A stretch of DNA of 35,967 nucleotides from Deltaproteobacteria bacterium (GTDB lineage Bacteria; Desulfobacterota; Binatia; Bin18): assembly GCA_016200595.1 (NCBI GenBank), contig JACQEL010000583.1, positions 1 through 35,967 on the forward strand, in the 5' to 3' direction. The notes beneath the pieces were generated by a model. That model was not told the origin of the DNA, did no database searches, and worked only from the letters and a program-made list of their open reading frames with translations. Made by a program: the position numbers and the translations under genes. Shown piece by piece: positions 35,735-35,967 of the stretch (its first letter is position 1; each line of letters opens with the position of its first letter).

Positions 35735-35967
35735 AGCTATCTTCCCCTTTCGTCATACGAGCGGACAGGATTACTTTGCCCTCACAGACATAGACCAACG
35801 CCCAGGTTTTTCCGGTCCACAGGAAAAAGGAACTTTTCCCTCTCCGGAAGGGCGACGAGGTATTCCCATCTCTTCGCTGGTTATCTTATACCTTGAAAGC
35901 GACCGTGCTCCACTCCGTCGAGCATGTCAGTCCTGCCCGCCTTCAGAAGGCAGGATGCGGACTGGCA

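Noticed and set aside
35735-35967. Possible gene start at the right edge (ATG 35923, MSVLPAFRRQDADW)
   Set aside because: Only about 15 codons are visible, with no clear RBS, so it cannot be supported.

Overview
GC-rich bacterial chromosomal window with three parts. No database search was possible, so all family calls rest on motifs I recognised by eye. (1) 1-7.5 kb is ordinary: a 3'-truncated class III adenylate cyclase/TPR gene that the ORF track misses, a conserved hypothetical, a three-gene ABC-2 exporter and an aldo/keto reductase, all on the minus strand. (2) About 7.6-25.6 kb is a visibly less GC-rich defence island. It starts with a DISARM class-1-like operon. This contains a 1730-codon DExH helicase + DUF1998 + nuclease reading frame split by a single in-frame TAG, an SNF2 helicase, an embedded Phd/PIN toxin-antitoxin pair, and a 1337-aa N6-adenine methyltransferase. 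Then come three unassigned genes: a 4-TM protein with a divergent class III cyclase-like domain, an AlbA_2/Schlafen-like protein, and a 208-aa possibly ART-like protein. This cassette sits between the intact methylase 3' end and a diverged relic copy of that 3' end. The relic is itself split by a ~1 kb insert carrying a degenerate ABC-ATPase-like ORF and a small ORF. I regard this cassette, together with the unusual DISARM-like module, as the best candidate for an undescribed system. (3) 25.6-36 kb is housekeeping again: dcd, a THUMP RNA methyltransferase, an ABC-F ATPase coupled to a GIY-YIG gene, a LexA-like/Y-family polymerase operon with a clear promoter-operator, a hypothetical, and a secreted S1 protease. 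I found no tRNA, rRNA, CRISPR array, integrase or transposase.
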